Notes: generated by a model from the letters alone, not told the origin. 64,000 nt of DNA from Verrucomicrobiia bacterium (GCA_036501665.1 DASXZW010000046.1:25683-89682); one strand, 5' to 3'. Positions 38,649 through 48,675 are shown, numbered from the stretch's first letter. A program made the numbers and translations.

Positions 38649-38728
38649 CGTTCGCGCAAGTATTTACGGGCAGAGGCTAGAGAGAGTCAGCAAACCTGTC
38701 AACGCGTAAGGATTTTTTTCAGCGGAAA

Positions 38729-40222
38729 TTAGCGGGCTGTCAATTGGCCCGGTTGGCGTCGCCCGGAGCCGGGGCGCTTGGTCAAATCATCGCCAAGGTC
38801 CGCGCGAGCCTTTTCGGCTTCGGCTTCCAGTTGCTTGACAACTTCCGGGTGTTCCGCGGAAACATCGGTGCTTTCGGCGATATCGTTGGCAAGATCGTAA
38901 AGTTCCTCTTTCGTAATTTGACGATGCGAATAAGTCGCCGAAAGGCCGTCCCTGCCCGCCGGTTTGCCAGCCAGTGTTTGATAGGTATGCGGCATTTGCA
39001 GTTTCCAACGCCCGTCGCTTGTGGTCACTGCTTGAAGTTCGTTGACCTCGTAATAAAACCAATAGGCGCTATGCGGATTGCGCGCTCCAGACTGCCGCGA
39101 AATAATCGGCCAGACATCGAGACCATCAATTTTTCGCGAAGGCAAGTCAGCGCCAACGAGCCTCGCAATGGTCGGAAACAAGTCGATCGACATCAGCATA
39201 TCCCAGGTGTCCGCGCCGGCGGGGATGCGCCCCGGCCACCGCATTACGCACGGTTCGCGCGTGCCGCCCTCCCAATTTGTCCCTTTGCCTTCGCGCAACG
39301 GCTTTGCCGACCCGGCGTGATTGCCGTAACAGAGCCACGGCCCGTTGTCCGAGGTGAAAATAACGAATGTATTTTCGTCGAGTCCATTGCGCCTGAGTGC
39401 GTCAAGTATTTGTCCGACGGACCAGTCGATCTCCTCGATCACATCGCCGTAAAGGCCGCGCGTTGTCTTTCCTCGGAATTTCTCGCTCACGCCCAACGGC
39501 ACATGCGGCATGTTGTGCGCAACATAGAGAAAAAACGGACGCGATTTGTTGCGTTCGATGAAACTCACCGCATGTTCGGTGTACCAGGTCGTCAAATGAT
39601 TCAAATCGGAAATCGTCATTTCCGGGCGGAAGATTTTTTCGCCGTCATAAATTGGCAGGTTCGGATATTCGCGTTTAATGGCCGCGGTTTCGGCGGACAT
39701 ATTGGTGATCAAATTGGGATGATCGGGCCAATAGTCGTTGGACATCGGCAACCCGAAGTATTCATCGAAGCCGTGGCGCAACGGCATGAATTGCGGCGAA
39801 TCGCCGAGATGCCACTTGCCGTAGATCGCCGTCGCGTAACCTTGTCCCTTCAGCAATTGCGCGAGGGTGATTTCATCGCTGCTGATGCCGACCTTTGTGT
39901 GTGGGCCAAGCGCGCCGTGAATTCCCACTCGGTTCGGGTAGCAGCCAGTCAAGAATGCCGTGCGCGACGCGGAGCAAACCGGCTGGGCAACATGGAAATT
40001 TCTGAAGACCGCGCCCTCATTCGCCATTCGATCAAGGTTCGGCGTCTTGAATCCTTCCGCGCCGAATTTCCCAATGTCCGCGTAACCCTGGTCGTCTGTC
40101 AAAATAAGGACAATGTTCGGTTTGGTCTGCGCGAAGGCGGGCGAATTCAAGCCGGCGGCGAGAGAAATCAGACCCGCCATTGCAATTGCTTTTAATGAAT
40201 GAAATCTAATCGCGCGGCTCAT
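38729..40222 (-). CDS. arylsulfatase (formylglycine-dependent sulfatase family)
   Basis: Signal peptide, NIVLILTDDQGYADIG, active-site motif PVCSASRTAFLTG (C-x-A-x-R variant), GKWHLG, C-terminal sulfatase fold. Confidence 0.95.
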   Translation of the reverse strand: MSRAIRFHSLKAIAMAGLISLAAGLNSPAFAQTKPNIVLILTDDQGYADIGKFGAEGFKTPNLDRMANEGAVFRNFHVAQPVCSASRTAFLTGCYPNRVGIHGALGPHTKVGISSDEITLAQLLKGQGYATAIYGKWHLGDSPQFMPLRHGFDEYFGLPMSNDYWPDHPNLITNMSAETAAIKREYPNLPIYDGEKIFRPEMTISDLNHLTTWYTEHAVSFIERNKSRPFFLYVAHNMPHVPLGVSEKFRGKTTRGLYGDVIEEIDWSVGQILDALRRNGLDENTFVIFTSDNGPWLCYGNHAGSAKPLREGKGTNWEGGTREPCVMRWPGRIPAGADTWDMLMSIDLFPTIARLVGADLPSRKIDGLDVWPIISRQSGARNPHSAYWFYYEVNELQAVTTSDGRWKLQMPHTYQTLAGKPAGRDGLSATYSHRQITKEELYDLANDIAESTDVSAEHPEVVKQLEAEAEKARADLGDDLTKRPGSGRRQPGQLTAR

Positions 40223-40312
40223 AAAGCATAACTACGCTCGCCGCGATTTTTTCTCCAGCACCAATCGCGACAGGGCGCATCGTGACACCGCTACGTCGAA
40301 TGACGGGAGATT

Positions 40313-40367
40313 TCCTCCCTCTCTTCCGCCCCTGCGGAGGAGAGGGCCGGGGAGAGGAGGCTTCTTC
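40313..40367. repeat. GA/CT-rich hairpin repeat, intergenic copy
   Basis: CCCTCTCTTCC-gcccctgc-GGAGGAGAGGG plus GGAGGAGAGGGCCGGGGAGAGGAGG (40336-40360). 24/25 identical to the copy inside cheR. Confidence 0.75.
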
Positions 40368-40427
40368 ATCGCATCGGACCAAAAACATGATGCGTGTAAA
40401 CCAGGATTATGGCATCAATGGGTGCGC

Positions 40428-40796
40428 ATGGATGTCAAGAATCTTTCGCAAGTCGATGCGTTCGTCACCAAGGACGGTTCGGAGATTCGCGAGCTGCTGG
40501 CCCACCGGAATTCGGCGATTCGCAACCAAAGTTTCGCGGAGGCGCGGCTCGCTCCCGGCGCAAGCACGCAGGAGCATTATCACGTTGCCACGGAGGAAAT
40601 TTATTACATCACGCACGGCCAGGGAAAAATTCGCATTGACGGAGAAACTCGCGAGGTCACAGTCGGCGACGCCATCGCAATCCTGCCGGGACAGAAGCAT
40701 AAACTTTGGAACACCGGTTCGGACGTCTTGCGACTGCTCTGCTGCTGCGCCCCGCCCTACGAGCACAACGACACTGTGATTACGGAAAAATTATGA
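40428..40796 (+). CDS. cupin-domain protein
   Basis: 122 aa. Cupin motifs GASTQEHYHVATEEIYYITHGQG and GDAIAILPGQKHKLWNTG. Confidence 0.8.
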   Translation: MDVKNLSQVDAFVTKDGSEIRELLAHRNSAIRNQSFAEARLAPGASTQEHYHVATEEIYYITHGQGKIRIDGETREVTVGDAIAILPGQKHKLWNTGSDVLRLLCCCAPPYEHNDTVITEKL

Positions 40797-41284
40797 AAAG
40801 GATATTCATTCTGCTTGCCGCAATTTTGCTGGTGGGTTGCGAATACACAACGCCGCTGGTCACCACGCCGGATATTCTTATCGACAAGTCGCTCCTCGGC
40901 CTCTGGCAGATGAAAGAAGACGATGGCAAAATCACGCAGATGGCGGTCTTGCCCCTCGACGACAAGGAATACCTCGTATCCTACCCGCCCGCCGCAAAGG
41001 ATGGGATGTTTTTCAAGGCATGTCTGTGCAGGACGGATGGAAAAACGCTCGTTCAGTTGAAGTTGATCGGGGCCGCCGACGGAAACACCCCGGACGACAA
41101 CCGCCTTTACCGATTTGCGAGTTACTCTATCTCTGGTGACAAACTCGCGGTGAGTTTCCTGAACCCCGATGTCGTGAATGAAAATGCGGCCTCGTCGAAA
41201 GAACTGGCCAAATTGATTGCGGACAATCGCGACAATCCCAAGCTTTTCAAGGAACCCGCAGTATTCGTCAAAATCAGCAAATGA
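40793..41284 (+). CDS. hypothetical lipoprotein
   Basis: ATG overlaps the cupin stop (ATGA). Lipobox MKRIFILLAAILLVGC. 163 aa, no recognised family. Confidence 0.65.
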   Translation: MKRIFILLAAILLVGCEYTTPLVTTPDILIDKSLLGLWQMKEDDGKITQMAVLPLDDKEYLVSYPPAAKDGMFFKACLCRTDGKTLVQLKLIGAADGNTPDDNRLYRFASYSISGDKLAVSFLNPDVVNENAASSKELAKLIADNRDNPKLFKEPAVFVKISK

Positions 41285-41292
41285 AAGGGTAG

Positions 41293-41313
41293 GGACGCCT
41301 CGCCGAGGCGTCC
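41293..41313. terminator. perfect 9-bp GC hairpin between convergent genes
   Basis: GGACGCCTC-gcc-GAGGCGTCC, 9 nt after the lipoprotein stop and 26 nt after the stop of the minus-strand gene. No clear U-tract. Confidence 0.35.
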
Positions 41314-41338
41314 ACTGAACCCGCGCAAATCATCCCGT

Positions 41339-42493
41339 TTACTGGCGAAATGGCGCGTGCCAGGGCGACCATTCTTTTTCTCCGACTCGCCGAATGCGTG
41401 ACCAGTAGTCGTGGGCGGCGACAAGTGCAGTCTTGCCGTTTTGGCTTCCTGTAAATTCTCCGTTAGCGGAATCGACCGTCACACGCATCTCCTTCGCGGA
41501 AATCGGTTTTGAACGCCAAACAATGTCCGCGCCTTCCGGGTCAGCGGCTATTTCCAACTCCCAACCCGTCGATAAATTTCCTGGCGTTCGTTCCAACATC
41601 GGAGGAGAACTCGCAACAAGTGGCCCAATTGAGTGTGTGCTGATCACAAAATTGTCAAACCACCGGGCCTGTTTCTTGACAGAGCCGTCGTTCCAATAAT
41701 TTTCGAGGAAAACGGCGTTGATCGCGTAATCGGACCACGTCCCATGCCAATCCAGATTCGTCCGCGAAGCTTCGAGATGGCCATCCACCCACAATTCAAA
41801 GATTCCATCGGAAAGCCCGGGTTTGTTCAGTTTTATATGCGACTCCACACAAACCCATCGGCCTGATTCGGCGGGGCTGAAGATCGGCGTGTGGCCGTTG
41901 CGCGAACCGAGCCATTTTAAATGATCGAAATCGTTGTAACGCGTCGAGACCTTGACGCTGTCTCGAATCCCTGTGGCCGGGTCGATGCAAAGCATCGCGC
42001 CCTTGCCGCCCCAAACGTGCGCGATCATCCCCTGTGTCCAATTTTCGCTCGCCAGGCACGTCGCTCGCGCCAGTTTGGCGGGGTTGCCTTCCCAGCCGGA
42101 TTCGTGCTTCACATACACGCGCCAGTAAATCTCATTGAACGTTTCGTTCCTGCGAATGCCGCGGTTGAAAGGGCTTCGACCAAACAAAACCTTCAAAGTT
42201 CCGGCAGTGACCTGGCCTTTTGCAAATTGGCACTTCATTGAACCGCCGCTTAATCCGCCGTCCGGCTCCCAAACGAAACTTCCGTCGGCGGAAGTATATT
42301 CCAGGTAACGCTCGCTTGCGACCGTCGGCGGTGCGGAAAAATCATCGTAGAAGATGACTGCAGGATCGCTTTGCGCTGGCTGTATTGCAGCCGATGAAAT
42401 CGAAGCGACGCGCAGCGGCAAAGAATCCTGTGATGCCGCAGCAAGGCTCGCAATGGCGAAAGAAAACAAGAGCGCGGTCAATCTGGATTTCAC
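41339..42493 (-). CDS. secreted hypothetical protein, possibly concanavalin-like / polysaccharide-lyase-like fold
   Basis: GTG start, signal peptide MKSRLTALLFSFAIASLAAA. Beta-rich sequence with LWVDGHLEASRTNLDWHG..YAINAVFLENYWNDG..RWFDNFVIS, reminiscent of LamG/PL-type jelly rolls. Assignment is tentative. Confidence 0.6.
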   Translation of the reverse strand: MKSRLTALLFSFAIASLAAASQDSLPLRVASISSAAIQPAQSDPAVIFYDDFSAPPTVASERYLEYTSADGSFVWEPDGGLSGGSMKCQFAKGQVTAGTLKVLFGRSPFNRGIRRNETFNEIYWRVYVKHESGWEGNPAKLARATCLASENWTQGMIAHVWGGKGAMLCIDPATGIRDSVKVSTRYNDFDHLKWLGSRNGHTPIFSPAESGRWVCVESHIKLNKPGLSDGIFELWVDGHLEASRTNLDWHGTWSDYAINAVFLENYWNDGSVKKQARWFDNFVISTHSIGPLVASSPPMLERTPGNLSTGWELEIAADPEGADIVWRSKPISAKEMRVTVDSANGEFTGSQNGKTALVAAHDYWSRIRRVGEKEWSPWHAPFRQ

Positions 42494-42609
42494 TGGTCCG
42501 TTTTATCATGCGGAAGTAAGCGTCGCAAGATGGCATCGCCCAGGTGCTTGTTTGGGGGACGAGATTTTAGATGCGTTTGTCCCGACGCCGTTGCAGCGTG
42601 GACAAAACG

Positions 42610-44184
42610 ATGAAATCAAAATATGACGTCGTTATCCTCGGAGCCGGTCATAATGGACTGGTGGCCGCGGCGTATCTCGCCGGCGCGGGCTTGAGCGTCC
42701 TGATGCTGGAAAAAAACGACTACATCGGCGGCGCAACAACATCGCAGCGGCTGTTTCCGGATTTTGACGCAAACATTTCGCGTTACTCGTATCTTGTGAG
42801 TCTTTTGCCGGAAAAAATTATTCGCGATCTCGGCCTTCGCGTGGAATTGAGAACGCGCTCGATTGCTTCGTTCACTCCATATACGAGGGATGTCGGGCAA
42901 AAGGCGCTTCTCTTCAGCAGCGTCAACAAAAATGTTGGTCGTGATTCCCTCCGTGAACTAGCGGGAAGCGACGCTGAATTTCAAGGGATGGAAAAGTTCT
43001 ACAGCCTGAGCCGCGTCTTCGCTAAAAATGTTTGGGACACCATGCTGGAACCGTTGCGAAGCAAAGCCGAATTCGCGCAACGGTTTGGCCGGGACAAACT
43101 CGGCGTAGAGGCATGGCGCGCCTTTGTCGAAGAGCCGCTCGGCTGCGTTGTAGAGGGTCATTTGCAAAATGATCTCGTGCGCGGCCTGGTTTTCACTGAT
43201 GCCAAGATCGGCGTCTTTACTCATCCGCACGATGAATCGCTACTGCAAAACCGATGCTTTCTTTATCACGTCATCGGCAATCGCACCGGCGAATGGAAAG
43301 TCCCCATCGGCGGCATGGGGCGCGTCGCCGGCGAATTGCACCGAGTCGCAGTCGGACGTGGGGTGGAAATCCATACGCAGGCGCGGATTACAAAACTGCA
43401 TCTGGAAAGTGAAACCAAAACTGTAGAGTTCCAGCTTAGCGAGGAATTATACAAGGTCGATGCGAGATTTATACTTGTCAATTGCGGCGTCAATGTTCTG
43501 AAAAAATTATTAGGACAGCCATATCACCCCGCCGTCACGCACGAAGGCTCTGTGTTGAAAATCAATATGCTTCTAAAAAGACTGCCGCGCCTGCTCGCTC
43601 CAAACCACTCCGCGCGCGACGCGTTCTGCGGAACTTTTCATATTGATGAAGGTTATGAGCAGATGAAACGAAGCCACGAGCAAGCCGCGCAAACTCACCT
43701 CCCGGATAAAATCCCCTGCGAGGTATATTGTCACACGCTGACAGACGACAGCATTCTCTCGCCTGATCTTCGCGCGCGCGGCTTTCACACCTTGACCTTG
43801 TTCGCGCTGGATGTTCCCTGGAGATTATTTTCTGATGACAACGAGAAGATGCGCCGCGCCGCCATGCGCAAGTGTTTGGATGGATTGAACAGTTACCTGG
43901 CCGAACCCATCGAAGATTGCTTCGCCATCGCGAAAAATGACGAACCGTGCATCGAAGCCAAAACTCCTGTTGATATTGAGAACGAGCTTGGCCACTACAG
44001 AGGGAATATTTTCCACAGCGCGCTGACTTTTCCATTCGCGGAAAATGCGGTTGAAATAGGGACCTGGGGCGTGGAAACCGAATATCCGGGAGTCTTTATC
44101 TGCGGGGCCAGCGCGCGCCGCGGAGGCGCGGTCAGCGGCATCCCTGGACACAACGCAGCAATGAAAGTGCTCGCCTCGCTTTGA
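42610..44184 (+). CDS. NAD(P)/FAD-dependent oxidoreductase, phytoene-desaturase family
   Basis: MKSKYDVVILGAGHNGLVAAAYLAGAGLSVLMLEKNDYIGGA dinucleotide-binding motif. C-terminal GVFICGASARRGGAVSGIPG. Confidence 0.85.
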   Translation: MKSKYDVVILGAGHNGLVAAAYLAGAGLSVLMLEKNDYIGGATTSQRLFPDFDANISRYSYLVSLLPEKIIRDLGLRVELRTRSIASFTPYTRDVGQKALLFSSVNKNVGRDSLRELAGSDAEFQGMEKFYSLSRVFAKNVWDTMLEPLRSKAEFAQRFGRDKLGVEAWRAFVEEPLGCVVEGHLQNDLVRGLVFTDAKIGVFTHPHDESLLQNRCFLYHVIGNRTGEWKVPIGGMGRVAGELHRVAVGRGVEIHTQARITKLHLESETKTVEFQLSEELYKVDARFILVNCGVNVLKKLLGQPYHPAVTHEGSVLKINMLLKRLPRLLAPNHSARDAFCGTFHIDEGYEQMKRSHEQAAQTHLPDKIPCEVYCHTLTDDSILSPDLRARGFHTLTLFALDVPWRLFSDDNEKMRRAAMRKCLDGLNSYLAEPIEDCFAIAKNDEPCIEAKTPVDIENELGHYRGNIFHSALTFPFAENAVEIGTWGVETEYPGVFICGASARRGGAVSGIPGHNAAMKVLASL

Positions 44185-44204
44185 CTTTCACCGATGCGGC
44201 AGAA

Positions 44205-44383
44205 TAGAGCAATTAAAGAAATTCTGTGGCCGTTTGAAGCGAGGATTTTTGAGTTCTGGCAAGGCTTCGGCGACAGAGCATATCCAAAGTGATCTGCGAT
44301 GGAGCCGAAACGCCGCCAGAACTCAAAAAGACCGCTCTTTTTCATTAGATTCAAACGGCCACAGAATTTCTTTAATTGCTCTA
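44205..44383. mobile_element. MITE-like element: perfect 34-bp terminal inverted repeats with a nested 15-bp inverted repeat, no ORF
   Basis: TAGAGCAATTAAAGAAATTCTGTGGCCGTTTGAA (44205-44238) is the exact reverse complement of 44350-44383. Inner IR TTTTTGAGTTCTGGC (44246-44260) pairs with 44315-44329. Read as TA + 32-bp TIR, the flanks mimic a TA target duplication. Confidence 0.55.
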
Positions 44384-44400
44384 GCCGTCACCAAGCAGCG

Positions 44401-47400
44401 TCAATTCTTTAAAGACGCCAGGTATTCCACCACGTCGCGGATGTCAGACTTGGAGAGAACTTTTCCCAGGCCTTCCGGCATGGCGGACAATCCCTTGACT
44501 TGCTTCTTGATGTCGCTTTTCTTCAATTTCACAGGAACGAATTCCTCCTCCTCCTGCGTCAGCAGCGTCAATTCATCATCAGTTTGGGATTTTAGAACGC
44601 CGGAGTAGGATTTGCCGTCGTTCATTTGCACGATCAAGCTCTCGAAACCCGCCGCGATTTGTTTGTTCGGAAAAAGAATCGATTCCAAAATATATTCGCG
44701 ATCGTGCCGCGTGATGATTCCCGCAAGATCAGGGCCGACTTCGCCGCCTTTGCCGTGAATTTTGTGGCAACGAAGACACGAAGCATCCGGTCGCTCCATG
44801 AAAATCTTTTTGCCCGCCGCGGCATTGCCCCCATAAAGCGTTTCGCGAAAACCAATGAATTCATCATCGCTGCGCCGGCTATTTTCGTATTGTTTGACCT
44901 TGTCCTTGACCAACGTCGAATCGCGGTTTGTGGCGGCCTCGATTATGTCAAGTTGAAGTTCCTTTGGCGCCTTTCCTTCGATCAAGTCACCCAGCCATTC
45001 TGCAATCACTTGATCAGGGGCGTCGCCTTTCAACGTCCCCAGTTCGGTAAGCGCGCTTTGTTTTTCGCGCGTCGTTCCCTGTTGCAGAACCGAGGCCAGC
45101 GCCTTGACGGCTTCGCTTGGGTCGATTTGCGCCAGCAGTTTCATGCCCGCTTCGCGAACCGTGTGGTCGCCGTCCGCCATCGACATTTGCACAACATCCT
45201 GGAGGTGGGAATCGTGGAACTCTCCCAATGCCTCGAGCGCCGCAACCCGCAATTTCCCGGAGGCTTGATTGTTTGTAGCGAGGTTGAGCAAAAGCGGCGC
45301 GGTGGCAGTCAACGACAATTTTTTCGCCGCGACAATTGCGGCAAGCTGCACACCATCTGGAGCGTCGGCGAGAATTTTGGAGAATACCGGCGTCAAAGCG
45401 GTGCTTGCCGGTTTCCCATCGCGCGGGGGCAGGGGACGCCAAAATCCGGTGACCCGGTCCCGAGGCCCTGGCGCGGCCCAAGTTTCCAAAGCGAACAGCG
45501 CTTCTTCGCGAACCTTGGAAGTCGCGTCTCCTTGCGTCGCATAATCAGCCAGGGCAGTTGCGTTTTGTTCTGAGCCAAGGCGGAAATTCGCATTGACCAC
45601 CCGCCAATCGAGAGGTTCGGAATGCGTTGGCTTGTCAATCAACGACGCCAATTGAGGCATCGCCTCGTTGATCGGCACATCATTGATCGCGCGCGCCGCT
45701 TCCAACACCAGCAGCGGATCACTGTCATGCAAAAAAATTGACACTTCCGGCATTTTCAATCGTCGCATCGCGAGCAATGCCCCCATGCGCACAGACCGGG
45801 ATTCATCTTTTCCGGCGGCGACCAATTCAGCCTGGTCAGCCGTGCCGACGAGTCCCATGACGCCCGCGTGGCGAAGGAAAGGGTCGCTATCCGCATTATC
45901 GCGCAGAACAGTAATAAGAGGCGCGACTGCTTCTTTTGTCCCAATTTTACTGAGGGCGATTGCGGCGAAAAAGCGGACCCGTGAACTCGAATCCTTTAAT
46001 TGCTCAATGAGTCCACTGCCCGCACTTGCGAACTGGGCTTCGCCGAAAACCTTCGCCGTTTGCGCCCGCACTTCGGCGTCCTTGTCCTGGAGCAATGGTT
46101 TCAGCGGCGTGAGCGCATCCACATGGCCAGCGCGGCTGATTTGTCCGAGGCCCCAAATGCCGTGAAGACGCGCGAGCGCATTGGTCCCGTCCAGCGCGGT
46201 TTCGACCAAGTCTGCAGTGTAGTCGCGATTCAGGGCAGGCTTCGATTTCTCAGCGAGGGCGCGGTCCACGATTTCAAATTGCGCTTCCTGACGGACTCGT
46301 TGGTCGGGATGGCTGAGCAATGTTTCCAGTTCCTTGCGCCCCTTGTGTTCCATTCCGTCCGCGATGAGTTGCTTGGTTTCCTGAACGAGTTTCGAGTTGA
46401 CAAGGTCCGGGTCATAAAGACGGTAAAGCCGGCCCAATCCGATGGCGTCCCAACCTTGAACCCAATCTGAGACGAACATCCGGCCGTCCGGGCTGAATTT
46501 GACGTCAGTCGCCAGGATGTTCCAGAAGAATTCCGTGTGATCGACCATTTTGAAACCCGCGCCGGTTTCCTTCAGGCCAAAGCCGTGAACGCCGCTGTTC
46601 CTGGGCGTGCCTCGAAAATCGCACAGGAAAAAGTGGTCGTTGTAAGACTCTGGAAACCCGGTTCCGGGATAATGCGCAATGCCGGAAGGGCCGCTTCCGA
46701 TATGAGCAATCGGCGGTACGAGATAAGCCGCCTGATCGGGGAAATGGAGGTGCCATAATTTCTCCGAATTCCAAACACCGGCGGGCGTCGTATCGCTGAA
46801 TTGATTCGGGACGCGCCACCCGCTATCGCCGTCCTGCACTATATAGACCAGGCGCGCCGCATCCCCGTAATCGCAATTATTGTCGCCGCTGAAAAGATTT
46901 CCGTGGTCGTCGAACGCCAAATCCTGCGGATTGCGCAATCCGTAGGCGAATACTTCGAGTCCGGAGCCATCGAGATTGCAGCGGAGCACCGAACCGGTAT
47001 CGGGATAATCCAGCGTCTTGCCTTCTTTTGTAACAACGTGCAACCCACGATCTCCGATGCTGAAATAAAGCCGCCCGTCCGGCCCAAGGATAAGCCCGTG
47101 CAAGTCATGCCCCGCATAATTGTAGCGAACGCCATAACCGTAACTTAGCGAAGTCTTTTCCTGCACCGTGCCGGTGTGATTGGTGTCCCGCAACAACCAG
47201 AGGTTCGGAATGTCCGTATAATAAACGTCGCCCTTACGCGCCAGAACACCGGCGCCGAGGCCTTCAAGTATGCCATTGAAGCCGCCCGCGAAAATCGTCG
47301 AGTGGTCGGCTTTTCCGGTTCCTTTTGTGTCCTCCAATAAGCGTATTTGGTCGGGAGCCACGCCAAGGTCCTTCTCGTGGTCGCCCAGGAATTTTTTGAC

Positions 47401-47739
47401 CATCGCCGCCCGGTCCTCCACGGTCCGGCAAGCTAGATCGTTGGTGTACATATTTAGATGGCTGCGGACGTCATACACGCTCGTGACGAGGCGCTCGGTT
47501 TCGGCGATGTAAATCCTGCCATTTTCATCGAAGCAAAATGCCACGGGATTTTTCAACATCGGTTCCGCGGCGAACAAATCTATTTTGAATTCCGACGGCG
47601 CATGGAATTGTTGGATCGCCAATTCAGGATCAACGGCCTTGTTTTTCGCGTCGGAGGCCTCGCCTTCGGCGGCGTTAAGAACGAGTGGAAATCCAATGGA
47701 CAAAAGCGCGATGAAGCGCAAAGCAGCAGAAAAATTCAT
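44401..47739 (-). CDS. PVC-type haem-binding CxxCH protein (beta-propeller dehydrogenase-like domain + HEAT repeats + C-terminal cytochrome c)
   Basis: 1112 aa, signal peptide. N-terminal propeller-like region, long HEAT/ARM-like repeats (VRQEAQFEI.., VRAQTAKVFGE.., VRFFAAIALSK.., VRMGALLAMRR..), C-terminal CLRCHKIHGKGGEVGPDL haem motif. Confidence 0.9.
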   Translation of the reverse strand: MNFSAALRFIALLSIGFPLVLNAAEGEASDAKNKAVDPELAIQQFHAPSEFKIDLFAAEPMLKNPVAFCFDENGRIYIAETERLVTSVYDVRSHLNMYTNDLACRTVEDRAAMVKKFLGDHEKDLGVAPDQIRLLEDTKGTGKADHSTIFAGGFNGILEGLGAGVLARKGDVYYTDIPNLWLLRDTNHTGTVQEKTSLSYGYGVRYNYAGHDLHGLILGPDGRLYFSIGDRGLHVVTKEGKTLDYPDTGSVLRCNLDGSGLEVFAYGLRNPQDLAFDDHGNLFSGDNNCDYGDAARLVYIVQDGDSGWRVPNQFSDTTPAGVWNSEKLWHLHFPDQAAYLVPPIAHIGSGPSGIAHYPGTGFPESYNDHFFLCDFRGTPRNSGVHGFGLKETGAGFKMVDHTEFFWNILATDVKFSPDGRMFVSDWVQGWDAIGLGRLYRLYDPDLVNSKLVQETKQLIADGMEHKGRKELETLLSHPDQRVRQEAQFEIVDRALAEKSKPALNRDYTADLVETALDGTNALARLHGIWGLGQISRAGHVDALTPLKPLLQDKDAEVRAQTAKVFGEAQFASAGSGLIEQLKDSSSRVRFFAAIALSKIGTKEAVAPLITVLRDNADSDPFLRHAGVMGLVGTADQAELVAAGKDESRSVRMGALLAMRRLKMPEVSIFLHDSDPLLVLEAARAINDVPINEAMPQLASLIDKPTHSEPLDWRVVNANFRLGSEQNATALADYATQGDATSKVREEALFALETWAAPGPRDRVTGFWRPLPPRDGKPASTALTPVFSKILADAPDGVQLAAIVAAKKLSLTATAPLLLNLATNNQASGKLRVAALEALGEFHDSHLQDVVQMSMADGDHTVREAGMKLLAQIDPSEAVKALASVLQQGTTREKQSALTELGTLKGDAPDQVIAEWLGDLIEGKAPKELQLDIIEAATNRDSTLVKDKVKQYENSRRSDDEFIGFRETLYGGNAAAGKKIFMERPDASCLRCHKIHGKGGEVGPDLAGIITRHDREYILESILFPNKQIAAGFESLIVQMNDGKSYSGVLKSQTDDELTLLTQEEEEFVPVKLKKSDIKKQVKGLSAMPEGLGKVLSKSDIRDVVEYLASLKN

Positions 47740-47952
47740 AGTTAGTCAGTCTTCAATCTTGGCGTGTGAGGCCTCTGTGAATCATAACCAACCCCAATTC
47801 CGAGTGGCAATCGGAAAACCATGAAGCTGGAACATCACTCGCTCTTACTTTGCGGCGATCTGCGCGGGCAACGCCAACTTTTCGAGGAAATTCTTGCGTG
47901 TCCATTCCCGCCCACTCATTCTGGTCAGTGACTCGAAGGAAAAGCGCACGTC

Positions 47953-48318
47953 ATGAAGGTTAATGCCCAAACGAGAATGAAACTGTTCGTCTGGTTGCTA
48001 GTTTTAGCATTCGCCGTTTTAAGCGCGTGTTGCTGGATGATTTCGTACGTAATCATGCTTGTTCTTGCTGACATAATACCCAATGTGATGTTGCCGGGTT
48101 TCACTGAATTACTCTTGCGTCACAACGGCTGGATTCTTTTGGTTCCTTTGCCGTGGGTGGTCTATGCAATTGTGCTGTCGGGTTCTCAAGATTTGAGCCC
48201 TGGGTCAGTATTCCTTTTCTCAGGCACAGTCGTCTTGACATTAGCTGTTTTAATTTGCTTGGTGTCTCTCGCCTGCGCTTTGCCCTACGCTTCGCTGCAT
48301 CAGCATTTTGAACCGTAA
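47953..48318 (+). CDS. hypothetical small integral membrane protein (3-4 TM)
   Basis: 121 aa, hydrophobic helices LFVWLLVLAFAVLSACCWMISYVIMLVL, GWILLVPLPWVVYAIVL, VFLFSGTVVLTLAVLICLVSLACAL. AT-richer than the surrounding core genes. Confidence 0.5.
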   Translation: MKVNAQTRMKLFVWLLVLAFAVLSACCWMISYVIMLVLADIIPNVMLPGFTELLLRHNGWILLVPLPWVVYAIVLSGSQDLSPGSVFLFSGTVVLTLAVLICLVSLACALPYASLHQHFEP

Positions 48319-48345
48319 GACGGCAGGCAGCATCGAGTGATTTTT

Positions 48346-48675
48346 TTACGCTGCCTGAAATTTCTCCCTTCGAGGAACGAAGCGTATCTCGATCCGCTTA
48401 TCAACGGCGGCGGCAATGCGCTTGAGCATAGTCAACGAGTGTCCTTCGTAGTCGGAATCTTCCAACCTGCTTATTACGGATGGCGTTGTTCCAACCAACT
48501 TGGCCAACCGTTCCTGCGTCAGGCCCGCTTGCTCTCTCAATTGATAAATTTTTCGCGCAAGTTCATCCTCAGCCCTCGCTTCTTCCAAGTCCGCAATCCT
48601 GCGGGGTTTTCCCTCGTAATAACGCCGATGCAGAATTTCAACGGCGTCCGATGTTGCTTTTCGTTTCTTTGGCAT
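48346..48675 (-). CDS. XRE-family HTH antitoxin (HigA-like)
   Basis: IYQLREQAGLTQERLAKLVGTTPSVISRLE is a classic Cro/C1 HTH. Lies 2 nt downstream of a Gp49/HigB-like toxin gene. Confidence 0.85.
   Translation of the reverse strand: MPKKRKATSDAVEILHRRYYEGKPRRIADLEEARAEDELARKIYQLREQAGLTQERLAKLVGTTPSVISRLEDSDYEGHSLTMLKRIAAAVDKRIEIRFVPRREKFQAA

Noticed and set aside
38744-40195. 483-aa ORF on the plus strand
   Set aside because: It is fully antisense to the well-supported sulfatase gene. The Arg/Gly/Pro-rich, motif-free translation is typical of shadow ORFs in high-GC coding DNA.
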